Shown: positions 48,263 to 62,471, counted from the stretch's first letter. The stretch: DNA of 64,000 nt from Octopus sinensis (GCF_006345805.1 NC_043002.1:21266001-21330000); one strand, 5' to 3'. Notes: generated by a model not told the origin, from the letters alone. Made by a program: numbers and translations.

Positions 48263-51200
48263 TACATGGGGGTCCACATAATCACCAGATTCTGGTTTAG
48301 ACGAGCACCATACTGGGCTAAAACTTCCACAGAGTGGTGCAAGCCCCAAGTTCTACCCAAACTTCCTCGTGGTACCACCTGAATCTAAACCAACAAGAGA
48401 GGACGACTGTGGGCATCTGGCACAGTATAACCAGGCCGCTCCGAACAGATGGGACTCGTTAACCATGATTGGCAGCCTGTCAAGGAGAAGGAAACTCTGA
48501 TATAAAACCTACGACTCGAGGACCTCTCTGTCATTATCCCAGCTTGCTAGGCCACGACAGATGAACCCCGGGTGTAAAGAGAGGGGTCAGTTCTGCGCAG
48601 GATGCACTTCACTTTAAAACTTCATCGTGCAGGCCGAAGGACCTGTCCACATCCATGACCACAAATCCCCAAGCCCTGTAGCGATAGGAAGGGGGCGAAA
48701 ACGGCAGGTGGAAGACGTCACTAGAAGCCGCATCTCCCAACCTGCATGCAGGCAGTTCGGAACATTGGTGGCCTGGTGTTGACCTGGAGACAACATCACT
48801 AGGCAGCATCCCGAACGACCAAGCAGTCTTATCTAGGGAGTCACTGCTTGCTCCACATGGAGAGGGGCCTAAAAACGTGGCCGAAAGAAAGCTCGTCTCC
48901 AACAAACCCAGTTGGCATCCTGCAGCCAAGCGGGTGAACACGCACAAGTACAAAAAAGAAAGATTTTACACACCCTTCAAAGGTTGCCAAGGGTCTGAAG
49001 ATCGCACGTTGGTACGTCAGAACCATTCTTGACTCAGGCGATAGAGGTCGCCCAGAACGCCGATCCGTTCTCATTGCTCACGAACTGTCCAGGCTAGATA
49101 TTGACATCACAGCGAAGTCTGGCTCTCAAAGGAAGGCAGTCTGAAAGAACATGGTTCCGGATACACCCTATATTGGTCAGGCAAACCCCCATCAAAAAGA
49201 CGCTTTTCAGGTGTTGGCTTCATGATAAAGAACTCCATCGCCTCCAAGCTGGAAACTCTACCAGCAGGTCACTCTGATCGCATCATCTCCAAGCGCCTCC
49301 TCTGAAAAACAAGCAGCATGCCACGATCTTCAGCGTTTACACTTCGACCCTCAAGCAATCCCAACAGACAAAGACAAATTTTACTCCGATCTGTGCAGAT
49401 TCCTTCAAAGAACCCTCGTCGATGATAATGTCATAATCCTATGAGATTTCAACGCCAGAGTGGGCCGAGATTCGGAAACCTGGAAAGGAATCCTCAGAAA
49501 ACACGGGGTTGGGAACTGCAACGACAACGGGCGCCTTTTGTTTAAGTTCTGCACCGAACATCAGCTCCTCATCACCAATATCATCTTCCAGCAAAAAGAC
49601 AGTCTGAAAACAACCTGGATGCATCCTCGATCAAAACACTGGCCCCCTCCTTGACTACGTTCTAGTGCACCAACGAGTCCAATCTGACGTCAAGTATACC
49701 AGAGCGATGTTTAGTGCATAAAGCCATACTGACCATCGCCTTGTCTGTTGCAAACTCAAACGCCACTTCAAGACCAAACCAAAAAAGAGAGAACCGGTCA
49801 ACAAGAAAATCAAAACTCTCGTTCTGCAGCTAAACGAAATGACAGTAAACTTTCAGGCAGGCCTACAGGCAAAGCTTGATCAATTCAATTGGGCCTCAGA
49901 TTCCTCTCCAGAAATCCTATGGGGACAACTGAAAACCGCCATCCTACAGACTTCTGCAGAAATCCTTGGGTTTACGAAGAAAATGAACAAGGATTGACTT
50001 GACGAAAACGATGTACTGATCCAGGAATTACTAAAGAGGAAGAGGTCTGTCCACGAAGCACAACTGTCACAACCGTCCTACTCAGAAAAAAAAAGCGGCC
50101 TTTCGCCAAGCCTGCAACTTACTGCAGCGCAAACTCCGTGAAGTTCAGAATGAGTGGTGGACTAACCTCGTATAGAGAACCCAGTTGTACACTGACATTG
50201 GCGATTACGGGGTGGGTGGGTCTACGAAACTCTCAAAGCAGTTTACAGCCCAACACATCAAGCCCGGAGTTCCCTGCGCATCTCAGACATCCAGGCGCTT
50301 CTCACAGACACAGCATCCATCCTCAACCACTGGTCTGAATACTTTCAGGCCCTCTTCAGTGAAAACCGAGTTGTCCAGCAAAACACAATCCTCCCCATCC
50401 AGCAGCAGCTAGTCAGAATGGAACTAGATGAGCCTCCAATCCTGGAAGAGACTAGAGTTGCCATAGGCCGGTTGAAGAGCAGAAAGGCAGCAGGAGTCGA
50501 TGGCATACAACCAGAGATATGGAAGCATGGGAGTTCTGTCCTACATGCTAAACTCCACGACCTCCTCGTTGCATGCTGGGAACAGGGTAAACCGCTATGG
50601 GGTGTCCGCGATGCTGTCATCATTACACTACAGAAACGAAAGGGAAAAGTCAGATTGTTCAAACTACCGGGGAATCACCCTGCCTTCCAGTGCAGGAAAA
50701 GTTCTAGCAAGACTACTCCTCAACAGACTTGTTCTGTCCACCAAAAATCATCTCCCAGAAAGCCAATGTGGTTTCAGAACCAACAGGGGCACAATAGATA
50801 TGGTTTTCGTTCTCAGGCAGCTCCAAAGAAAGTGCTGGAAGAAAAACAAAGCAATCCTTGCAACATTTGTCGATCTGATAAAAGCATTCGACACTGTGAG
50901 CAGATCCTAAACCAACTCGGCTGTCCCCCAAAATTCCTAACCATGACCATCCAGCTTCACGAAGACCAACAAGGACAAGTCCGCCTGAACAGCGACATAT
51001 CAGAGCCATTCCCCCATCAACAACGGCGTGAAGCAGGTCTAGCACCAACTTTCTTCAGCATCTTCTTCAGCATGATGCTCAAGCAGGCCACTGCAGACCT
51101 CGACGCTGAAAACGGCGTCTGCATCAGGTATCGTCTGGATGACAGTCTTTTCAACCCGGCCCCTACAAGCACATACCAAGACCCAAGAGCAACTGATTCA

Positions 51201-52196
51201 AGACCTCTACTTTGCAGATGATGCTGCACTTGTCGAACACACAGAAAAGGCCCTGCAGTACATCACATACTACTTTTCAGAGGCCGCCAAGCTCTTCGGG
51301 TTCGAAGTAAGCTTGAAAAAGACTGAAGTTCTATGCCAACCAACTCCTCATGAAGAGTACAGCCCGCCCCACATCAGCATTGCCGAAACAGAACCGAAGT
51401 CGGTACAACAGCTCACTTATCTTGGATTGCACCATCTCTTCAGATGCGAGTATCTGCAAAGAAACTGACAACAGACTTGCAAAGGCAAACAAAGCATTTG
51501 GTAGACTGTACAAGCGTGTGTGGAACAACAAGCATCTTAAGAGCAACACAAAAGTCAGTGTCTACATAGCCGTCGTCCTCACGATGTTCCTATATGGCTC
51601 TGAGTCCTGGGTTTCCTACTGCTATCATCTGAGACTCCGCGGACGTTTTCAGCAACGCTGTCTCAGTGCCATCCTCGACATCTATTGGAGCGACTACATC
51701 ACCAATATGTCCTCGAGCGAACAAAGATCATCAACCTAGAAGCCATTTTACTTAAGACACGACTGCATTGGTTAGGGCACGTTGACAGGATGAATGACCA
51801 CCACCTACCCATGATCAAAATGTACGATGAGCTCACCACCGGTCACCGCAACAGGAGGGCACCAAGGAGCGTTACAAGGACTGCCTGAAGCAGACCCTTA
51901 GAGTTTGTGACATTTATTATCATGAGTGGTTCACTCTAGCAGCTGACCGCGTCGCTTGCCACCATACCGTCAGCGAAATTGTTTCCTCCTTTGAAATCTC
52001 TCGCAGTGCTTCACTTGAAGACAAACATTAGAGGCGAAGAAAGAATGCGGCTGCATTATCAAACCCCGAACAACCATACCCCTGTCATCACTGCAATCGG
52101 ATATGCCAATCCCACATCGGCCTTATCAGCCACAACGAGCGGGCTGACGACGTGGACGGCAGCCTTCCTAATCTTCATCAGCGAAGCCAAGCCAAG
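48263..52196 (+). mobile_element. Near-full-length RTE LINE (APE endonuclease plus RT), degenerate
   Basis: WYVRTILDSGDRGRPERRS...YTLYWSGKP; NDNGRLL; SNYRGITL; FVDLIKAFDTV; LYFADDA; LYGSESW; RLHWLGHV. Many frameshifts. 11-bp TSD ATTTTAACCAA at 48252-48262 and 52197-52207. Confidence 0.93.
48332..48413 (+). ncRNA. Degenerate HDV-like ribozyme in the RTE 5' UTR
   Basis: P1 GAGUGGU/ACCACCU pairs 6 of 7 with a G-U at position 1. L3 UUCCUCGU; P3 2 of 3; J4/2 ACGAC; P2 CCCA/UGGG. Confidence 0.5.
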
Positions 52197-52489
52197 ATTT
52201 TAACCAACGGATAGCAGGGTTTTTTCATGATTTTGCAGAAAAACCTAAAGCGTTGGGTCAACTGGATGAGAGGGTCTGATGTTGAAAGACCCAAAACCCC
52301 GCTGGGGGCCCAAAAACATCACTGACGATGCATCTTATAGCATCCGCGAGATGTATCTTAGAACAATACACACACACACCACCTCCACTGCCGCCGCCAC
52401 CACACAGTGAAACCGGTGTGAACCAATATAATCGAACCTGGACCCAAGTGCGAAACTACTTCCTTAACTTTATAACTATTCTTTAACTT

Positions 52490-52706
52490 TTATTTCTTTT
52501 ACTTGTTTCAGTCATTTGACTGTAGCCATACTGGGGCACCGCCTTTAGTGGAACAAATGGACACCAGGACTTATTCTTTGTAAGCTTAATACTTATTCTA
52601 TCGGTCTTTTTGGCCGAACTGCTAAGTGACGGGGACATAAACACACCAACATCGGTTGTCAAGCGATGGTGGGGGAGAGACACAGACACACAAATACATA
52701 CATACA

Positions 52707-52740
<34 letters not shown>

Positions 52741-52918
52741 CATACATATATATATATATATACGATGAGCTTCTTTCAGTTTCCGTCTACCAAATCCACT
52801 CATGAGGTCTTGGTCAACCCGCGGCTATAGTAGACACGTGCCCAAGGTACCACGCAGTGGGACTGAACCGGGAACCATATAGTTGGGAAGTAAGTTTCTT
52901 ACCACACAGCCACTCCTC
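52490..52918 (-). mobile_element. Second-family SINE, full length
   Basis: Head, internal (CATA)n/(TA)n and tail are all present. Confidence 0.85.
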
Positions 52919-53844
52919 CACCTGTAGCCACTCTTGCACTCACACCCACTCCTGCACCTCGGCATCTATATAAATAATTTATTTATTATAGTTGAAACAT
53001 TACAATTGTAGCATAAAGTGTCATCCTGCAGCTTTTCAGATCATAAGTGCTATTAAGATACACTTATATTGTAAAATAATTTTTGAAAAATAATAAAAAC
53101 TAATTAATCCATCAAATTGATTATTTATAATTACTAATCACCTCAGGAACCAAGAGATGTAAACATTAATGGTGGAGCTATAATAAATTATATTTCACTC
53201 CAGTTTTTGTGTTGGGTACATTTGGCCGAGTTTGTAAGCGTTAATTTGCATTCATAACGAAGTCAGTGGCAAGTGAATATTTGAACTCACAGTTAAACCT
53301 TTCCTTGTAAAAATGAAAGAAATGAGACACTCAAATGTGTTGAGTTCTCATATAACGATCTAGCAAGGCAGCGAGCTGGCAGAATCGTTTGCATGCCAAG
53401 AAAAATGACTAGCGACATTTCGTCCGTCTTTATGTTCTGAGGTCAAATACCGTAGAGGTTGACTTTGCCTTTCATTCTTTCAGAGTTGATAAAATAAGTA
53501 CCAGTCAAGCCCTGGGGTCAATCTAATTGACTTAGCTCCGAAATTGCTGGCCTTGTGTCAAAATTTGAAACCATTGGATTGCTGCGTTGTTGGGTAACTG
53601 CCTCGAAGAAATTATTCGATCGAAGTGACTCCAGCAGTTATATATTTTTTAAAGTTTAGTACTTTTTCTATCGGTTCTTTTTTGCCGATTAGCTAAGTTA
53701 CAAGTACGTAAACAAACCGTCACTGGTTGTCAAACAGTGATGGGGTGGGGAGGCAAACATGAACAAACACACACGTATCTATATTGTGTGTGTATGTGTG
53801 TGTGGAATTGGCTGAGCCGTTAAAGCTTTCGATAAAACGCTTAC

Positions 53845-54026
53845 TCTTTTACTTCAGTCATTTGACTGTGGCCATGCTGGAGCAACGCCTTTAGTACTTT
53901 GTAAGCCTAGTACTTATTCTATCGGTCTCTTTGCCGAACCGCTAAGTTACGGGGACGTAAATACACCAGCATCGGTTGTCAAGCGATGTTAGGGGGAACA
54001 ACACAGACATACAAACATATACACAC

Positions 54027-54057
<31 letters not shown>

Positions 54058-54222
54058 CATATATACGACGGGCTTCTTTCAGTTTCCGTCTACCAAATCC
54101 ACCCACAAAGGCTTTGGTCGGGCCGAGGCTATAGTAGAAGACACCTGCCCAAGTTGCCAGCAGTGGGATTGAACCCGGAACCATGTGGTTGGTAAGCAAC
54201 CTACTTACCACACAGCCACTCC
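53845..54222 (-). mobile_element. Second-family SINE, CpGs largely intact
   Basis: Head, internal microsatellite and tail are present. Confidence 0.85.
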
Positions 54223-54599
54223 TACATTTCGCAGTGTTTGTTTCAACTCTCTGCACTCTGAGATCAAATCTCGTCGTGGTCTCTTTTGCTTTTATATATC
54301 CACTCGGGATATATAAAAAATGTGTCATCCAGGGCGGTGGATTGGCAGCGCTATTAAGATATCGGGCGCTATATATTCTATAATATTCATTCTGGCTCTT
54401 TGCATTCTGGCGGCAATGCCAGAAACATCCACACTGATGTCAAGTTGTATCAGCCCATTTTGGCGAGCATTCTTTTAGATAAACATTGATGGCGTGCAGA
54501 GAGGAAACCTGCATACGAGGGTAACCGATAGCTTTCCTGAAATGTGTTTGCCTAAGTTTATACATTGCTGAGAGGCATGGACAAACTTGACTGATGGAG

Positions 54600-54950
54600 A
54601 CTATACCTACATGTCATTTCTTATTCATCGTCCTCATGAAGTAATTTTTATGTTGAGATTCAAATTTCCTGTTAGCTATTTGGTTCATGGAGTGTTATGC
54701 TTGGTGGAAAGTAATATATGCGAATATTCAGATAGCAATTTTTGATTCAGTCGCGTGGGCCTTAAAGTTGTCAAGCAGTAGCAGACCATTTTTATATACG
54801 TTAAGTTTCCTCAATTTCCTTCAGTTTGACGAACTAAACCAACAGATTCAGGAACAAACCAATCACGAAATATTATTTTTGTCCATCTAAGGACACTTTG
54901 GGCAAATGCACAATCCTGTTTAAGGCCTGCAGGCTCTTGAATTTTCCAAA
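54600..54950 (-). mobile_element. pogo/Tigger-type transposase fragment
   Basis: WTKIIFRDWFVPE...LLLLDNFKAH across a frameshift. Confidence 0.6.
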
Positions 54951-55484
54951 CCTCAAACGCTTCTTTTATTCTGACTTGAAGTACTAGCACATGTTAAGAC
55001 ACTTGATCAGATCATATTAAGTTTAAATTCTGTTGTATTTCAGCAATGTTTTCCAGCCAAAAATTCTGAGGGCAAACACTCTCAATAAGCTCCTGTTTCA
55101 CCAGCATTATATATTTGATCGTATGTGGAATCATATTCAGTTACTACATTTTTAAAGGTATTTCACCATCTTAAAATATTTCAAAACTTTAAACAGGTGT
55201 AATAATAAAGAAGGGGTTTTTATATACATCTATTTAAAATTCCACATTGTGTTTAGAAGACATACATACATATAAACAGTTTGGCTGCTTGTTTCTCTGG
55301 AGACTGTCAGAATGATGTAGACGCCTCTGATGAGAACCCCAAAAGGTTCGAAAATCAATTAAAGTTCATCATTTTTTCAGTCTGCGGAGAAATGGTTAAA
55401 ATTTGTCCTGTTTATAAGTATACCATATATTACACACAAACACACATATATATACATACATACATACATACATACATACATACA

Positions 55485-55516
<32 letters not shown>

Positions 55517-55574
55517 CGTGCATATATATATACATACAGATATGTATAATTGTACATATGTATATGTGTAAGTA

Positions 55575-57600
55575 TCGCGACTGGGAGATTTGCTTTCGGT
55601 ATTTTAAGCATTTTTATGGATCGTATGCACATCACACCGCCTGGTTTGACACCACCACTTGGTGCGTTCTTCTGTTGCAAGCATTTGATCCAGCCCTACG
55701 GCTGAAGTGTACTATGACCTGTCAATGCAACTCCACCTTCTCCTCCCCTCTAAAATGTCAAAAACCAGAAGTAAACCCTGTGGACAAATTTTCCTCCTTT
55801 TCTCTGATGTCTGTGAGAACGACAATGCTACACAATGTCTGTCCATGAATTTTATGCTAGCTGCTCCTGGTAGCACATATGCTTCACTCCTGACCCAAGA
55901 GAAACAGTTAGATAAGTAACTAAAACTGTCCTTTTAAGTATGTCCTTCCACATTCCACACACAACAAAAGTCAATGATCTAAGTTTCTCAGTTGGTTCAC
56001 TTATAGTTACACTGCAACTATTTAGGCCAAAAACAATCCTTGAAAAACTCACCAACTACCCCCAAAGTGAGCGGCATTAATTCAAAGGCGCAAGTTCTGT
56101 GAAATTACTACCTGAACTTAGAAAAATGATTCTCTGCATCGCAGAACTGTTAAACTTCCTTGCTTCCCAAAATGCAGCGCGTAATTTTTTGTCCCTAGCC
56201 AAAAGAATATCTACTAACTTTGCAGAACACTTTTTCCATTCACTTCAAAAGTATGGTTCTATGAACAGTACCACCACGGAGAAAGTCTCCACTTTACAGC
56301 CTATTCCGCGCTACATATACACATGGTAAATCTCCAAGATGCTAGACTTTTTGCACCACGGAGCTAACCCTCATACCCACACACCTCTTCAGTATGTCTC
56401 TTTCTACAAAGATCATTCCTAATCCTTGCAAAAGAAAGGAAAGAAATCCCAGCATGTCTTAATGTCTCATTCTCAAAGAAGGCGATTCCTCTGACCCTGT
56501 TAACTATCGTCCTATCGCTGTCACTTCTAAATAATAAAAAAAATGGGTAACCGGTCTTTACTAACGTCATTCAACACTTTTGAGTTTCTCCTAACCCCTT
56601 CTCTCCTCCCCTCATTAAAAAAACCCAGTGAAGGTTTTACGTAGCCCTTTCCATTGGTGACCAACTCTTATGTCATCTATAATTGTTTCCATAGTCAGAC
56701 ATATTTTTCACAAAAAAAATAACTGAAAATAAAAGACACTGTGTGTGCGAGTGACACTCACAACTTCCACATGATGTGAAGACAAAGAGACTCAAACATA
56801 CACAAAGACAAAGAGACTCAAACATACATGAAAGAAATTTGGTGAAAGCTATGCTGCTGACTTTGACATCAGTCAAGCTTTCCACTATGACTGGCATCCA
56901 AATTTACTGAAACTGCCTTGCTATGGTCTTCTCTCGTTTCTTATCTTTTTGATCGGTAGCTTCCCTTCAGATCCAACTCTTGTGGTGTGTTGATGGAGTT
57001 CTTTCTGTTCCCGTACTAATAATTCCCTCGTGCTTCTGTGTTCGATTTTGTCCTTCATTTCCCTTCCTTCTCTACATTAATGACCGACTTGTTATCACAC
57101 CAAACAGCGTTCACGCAAAGGAGATTACCTATCATTCTTCTGTAACTTTCCCTAACTGTGCATCATCCACATGCATCCAAGACGCTACACAACAATCCGC
57201 ACAAATTCTATGAACAGAAACATCGAAAGCATCATCAGATCAGGACATACCAATTTTGACTGTTCCAAGAGAACACAAACGCGACTCATTTCAAGAAAAC
57301 AATGTCGCATCATAACTCCTTAAACAAGAGCAGCACTCAACCGGAGCCCTCATGATCGTTCCAAATGTTGGACCTCGCATCTCGTTATTACAAAATATCT
57401 CTCCTCGCAAAGTGCATATTTAAAATAGCTTGAGCCGCATCTTTGACTGACTGTCCTTTGCAGAGCCAGAAAACATTTCAACCTCCAACGATTACTGATA
57501 CTCTTCAAAGTCAAGGGGAGAACCACACTGTAACATTGATCTCACATTTTGGACCGTGTTGCTGATGCACACAGATATTTGATACAGAGTCCAAAAGGGA
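55575..57600 (+). mobile_element. Old CR1-group LINE remnant
   Basis: GDSSDPVNYRPIAVTS (about 56480-56530), DISQAF..WHPNLL and FLLYIND in broken frames. The limits are approximate. Confidence 0.55.
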
Positions 57601-59129
57601 AATATAGTAGCTAAAGTGTGAGAATGGCCCGGGGCAGCGCTTGACCTAGCCCTCCCGCTGTGGGCCTCCAAGCTTATACAAGCTTATACGGCTTATACGG
57701 CAGTCCAAAAAGTGGGATAAGTGCTATCTGGATGTTTGGCATAAACTCACTCACAGAACTTATCCAGTTTCTCACCCATATGTCGTTACCATAATGACCT
57801 CTATCCTCGGTGTTGGTTGGTTTGATATCACGTCCTCTTTGGCATTACCAACCCGTTCGTCTCTCTTTTTAATCTTCCTCGTTGTGGCCATCAACTCCTG
57901 TAATATTTTACGTTAACCCCAACCGCCAGTCATTCCCGACAAATGTGTCGGTACTCAGCAGTTCCTTCTTTGGACTTATCTCTTCCATTTGCAACATCAA
58001 TGTCACTGGTCTGAGAGAGCCAGCGAAAGCCAACAGCACCGTCCGTCTCCAGACCAGTCTACACTTCGTATTGAGAACTTTTCTTCTTTTAAAGTTTACA
58101 TGTATTAACGTGTACTCATTCGTACACCTGCACCCATCTACATGTACATTGACTTATGCATGTGTGTGCATGTGTGTGTGTGTGCGTGTATGTGTGTTCA
58201 CACACACATTTGACCTAGTTGTTTTACGCCAAGAAGTAACAGCATTATCTCCCACAACCGCACAACACATACAACACTAACATGTGACATCCCTTCATTT
58301 TTCCTATTATTTATTCAATCTAAACATTAAATAGTTTCAAAAATATTTGCTTTTCTTTCGTCCCTTTTTAGTTAATCTTATTTATTCATCCATTATTGTT
58401 ATTAATATTATTATTTGTAGTGCTTTTAATCTTTTTTTGCTTTTTAATATTTCATCCTACCTTAATAAAAAGCAGGAGCGTACGTGAGTTGACGATGATG
58501 AGGGAGGATCAGAGTGTAGGAGGAGAATAAGAGCAAAGGATAAAACAAAATAATAGAAAAACACAATACAATACAATATACATATATAAAAGAAATACAA
58601 AAGCAGCAACTATTTAATCCTTTACAGATATCGGCCAACAAACACACAAATAGACACACGAGCAATAATTATTTAATCTATCAGAAACAGCACACAGACA
58701 CACATACATAGCACACTCACACATGCACACACACACGCACACTCACTAACACACATAAGCTCGCTTGAAAATACAGAAACACACACAGCGCACTACAGCA
58801 CATATGAAACACACGTACGCATGCGCAACCATCGCAGCAGACGATAAACCGTGCTGTTAAAAAAAAACTCAATTGTTCAGCTTTGTTAACAAACACTCAA
58901 TTGTTCGACTTTTTACTATGTTTTTGTGTGTGTCTCTCAGATAAGCTACGGACGATTGTATGTTATTTTCTCTTGCGTTTCTTTAATAAGCAATAATGCA
59001 AAATAATGTAAAAATATTGAATCCTCGTTCTCTTTGAAATAGTTTTTAATTAAACAAGTACAGACATTCATTCACTCAACTCTCAATCTACCCATCACAC
59101 AGTCAACCTGCTTTTCTCACTGTTTCTCT

Positions 59130-59132
59130 TGC

Positions 59133-59222
<90 letters not shown>

Positions 59223-59560
59223 TTATCTGTCTATCGATCTATCTAACAAAACAGGAAACTGGAAAATTTTTGGCATTATTTTTTCTCCATTACACCTGTT
59301 TCATTTGCTAATATGAATTATAAAGATTTGCATGTTAGATAGACATATAAGGAACTTCCTATTAAAAATTCTTCCGACAGAGAAAAAAAGTATAATACCC
59401 ATAATATAATATAAAATAATGTAACATAATAATATATAATATCATATAATGATATGTGTGTGTATACATACATACATACATACATACATACATACATACA
59501 TACATAAATACATACATACATACATACATACATACATACATACATACATACATACATACA

Positions 59561-59590
<30 letters not shown>
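59130..59590. repeat. (TCTA)n and (CATA)n microsatellites
   Basis: (TCTA)n at about 59133-59240 and (CATA)n at about 59463-59590. Confidence 0.95.
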
Positions 59591-59595
<5 letters not shown>

Positions 59596-59739
59596 GAGTG
59601 AGAAAGTATGGTTGGTGATTATACGTAGTTGAATATACAAGGAAAGAATAGATGAAAAATCACAAATTTGTTTTACGAAACTAAAGAGTATATCTAAATC
59701 GTCATGGCAAAAGTATTATACTATATTATACAAAATAAA

Positions 59740-60610
59740 ATTTTTTTCCCTCTAATAAAGTGACCGGTTTTGCTGGAGCAATTCGAAATGAGAAATTTTG
59801 TTTGTTAGACGGGGATAATTGGTAACCAAGGTATTTTTCAGTAGAAGGGAGATAAATCTGTAATTTTCAAAATGAGTTTATATTCAGTTCTAGCTTATAT
59901 TTTTCGATAAATGAGGCCTCTTTATTTACTCGCACTTGTGTTGAGGTCCAAATACTACATTGATATAACTGGAAGGTTATGAATTGTGGTTGCAGTTGTT
60001 CTACACATCTGTCAATGTGTTCACTAAGATATATCTGGCGATATTGTGGGGAAGAGATCTGTTGGCTGTGAACTGTACATCAACGTCTAAGGGACATTCC
60101 TGTGGAACCTATATAGTATTTATGACAGCCCGAGCATCTTATGACATAAATGAGGTTTTCAGAAGCGCAAGTGAAATTGGACTTAATTTTGAATTTTTGA
60201 CCTTGTTTAGAATGGAATTCTGATCCTTCCAAAAGATTGGGCATGTTCTGTAGTTAGGTCGACCACATTTTTGTTTTTACTCTTGCATCCGTTATTCTTG
60301 GGAATAATTTAACATTTGTGAGGATTTTCTTTAATGCCTTTGATTGTTTATCGCTTTTAATGATCTTACGTGTACGAAGAATTTCCTCAGTTTGAGGTCC
60401 TCTTGGAGTATTGGGAGATTTTGGTCAATGATATTAAATGCTTCATTGTTTCTGGTGTTGTATGTGGTTACATAAGGTAGTATTTTCAGAGTAGGTGTGT
60501 TATTGTGTTCGACCTTTCTTAATGATTTTATGTCAATTGATTTTGCACTTTTAATCCCGTCATCTATGAGTTGAATTGGGTAGTGTTCATAGTGTTCGGG
60601 AAAATACCAG
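59740..60610 (-). mobile_element. Penelope-like element, C-terminal GIY-YIG region
   Basis: ILPYVTTYN...KCGRPNYRTCP...FTCASENLIYVIRCSGCHKYYIGSTG...LSEHI...EASFIEKY. Confidence 0.85.
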
Positions 60611-62471
60611 AGAACTGAGACTGCAAGAGCTTAAAAACGTACTCATTGACAGATACTGCTCAATATAACAGGTTTCTTATTTACACTCAAGTTCAGCAAC
60701 TTCTTTAGAGGAGGCGTTAATGTAACCCACCTACTCTAGTATTTGACTGGTACTTTATTTTATCAACCTGGACAGGATGAAGGTTAAAGTTGACCTCAGC
60801 GGAAATTGAACTCAGAACCTAAAGAGCCAGGACAATAATTGCATGACATTCTTCTCCACCGACAGCCAATTCATGCACATAATAGGAGAAAAGTGTAGAC
60901 ACGGGTTACAGACGTATAGATATGGACAAAAACGTTATATAAAAGAGGTGATAGGAATAATGATATGCGTTATAAGGTTGTGTGAATTATCTGATATAAA
61001 ACGTGATATATTTCAGTACTTCACACAGCCTCATTCCCTATCAAAACTGACAAGCACGACTTACTAGCAAGAGAGTGTACCACTTCCTGGCGAAATTTGA
61101 TTTGGAATCTAGACAACTGAAAATAAAAAAAACAAAATATTGTCACGCGAATTGAAACCGGCTCAAGGATGTTGATGCTGACAAGAGACCACTGATGAAA
61201 TCTTTGGCAGGCGAATGCAGATCCAATCTTTGCTCCTTCACTCAAATGAAGCGTACAGGCTAAAACGAGATACGCTTCTGACTCTGAGATAACTACTGAA
61301 GACATGGAAGAGTTTTCAGCATTCAGTGACATTGGTTACCACTTGGAGAAAGACTTGGTGGTCGACCCCGTCTTTAAGTAGCTCCGGCAGTTTCTGCGTG
61401 AGGCAAAGCACCTCTGATGCTTATTTCATGCATTTATAGATTTTATCCAATGCTGTATCATCGTGAACAGAAAAAGAATGATATGAAGCAGACTAGTTTC
61501 AATCCTGGGTTGGAATTTCATGAGCGACCGAATACTCCTGTAGCAGATTCGAAACCGAATCGACAAATTGCCAAGTTAAAATTACGGCCTAGTAACAGCT
61601 ATTCCATGTGATTAGCCGAGTTATGGACCAATCAGCATCGAGACATCACGTGAAACAATTTTTTGGATGCTGCCAGAACGTCTCTTTATAAGGTTTACAA
61701 ATAAGCATGGTTTTAGGGTCAACTTTGCAGAGTCGAAGGCGACTGGGCGAAATGCATCTCCACTCTTGCCAGACACTTTGCTGAGAGACCTGCCGATTCA
61801 TTTCACACGCCTCACCTCTTAGGTTAGTTTGTGGGAGTCCACTGCTCATTTTGCTGCTCTTACAGTCGTTCTAATGACAATTTACTCCACCTTGTAGAAA
61901 ACAGCTAATGTTTGCAATCATGAACCCAGCGTGATATATTTCCTCCTATCAGGACAGCTTATTTGCAGAACTTTCTTAATCAACAATTTGTAATTGCTAC
62001 AGACTTGACCTTCCAATAAGTTAACTCTGTGGTCGTATTTTTAATTTGTGACCAACATGGCAAAATATTTTGTTCGGTGAAATAAAATTCTGTTAATTGT
62101 TCACGAGTGTTGTGCATTCATTATACGCAGCCTGAACCCAACTCAACTACCAGCATCGAACATCTTTCATTCTATGACAATTGTGACACTCATTTTGATT
62201 GTCTATCAAAAACACTGCTTATAAACAGGCCACTTTCAGTAAAGGCTGAAGTAAACCGAATGAACCAATTTTTTTTTTATGTTGAAGGCATTTTTAGCTG
62301 TTAGTTCGATTATTAAGTTACATATGCATATGAATAAACAGTCTGTCACGAACACTACTAAACGTGATGCACACACAAATGCATATATACTGTCGATATG
62401 TTACATCTATGTATGTAAATACGTATACATGTAGGTGTGCATGAATATCTATCTATCTATCTATCTATCTA

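Noticed and set aside
52258-52345. Hammerhead-like CUGGAUGA...GGGUCU/AGACCC and CUGACGA motifs
   Set aside because: GAAA and NUH elements are missing or wrong; only isolated hairpins remain.
57882-58280. 132-aa ORF
   Set aside because: No motif; partly made of (GT)n; no splice support.
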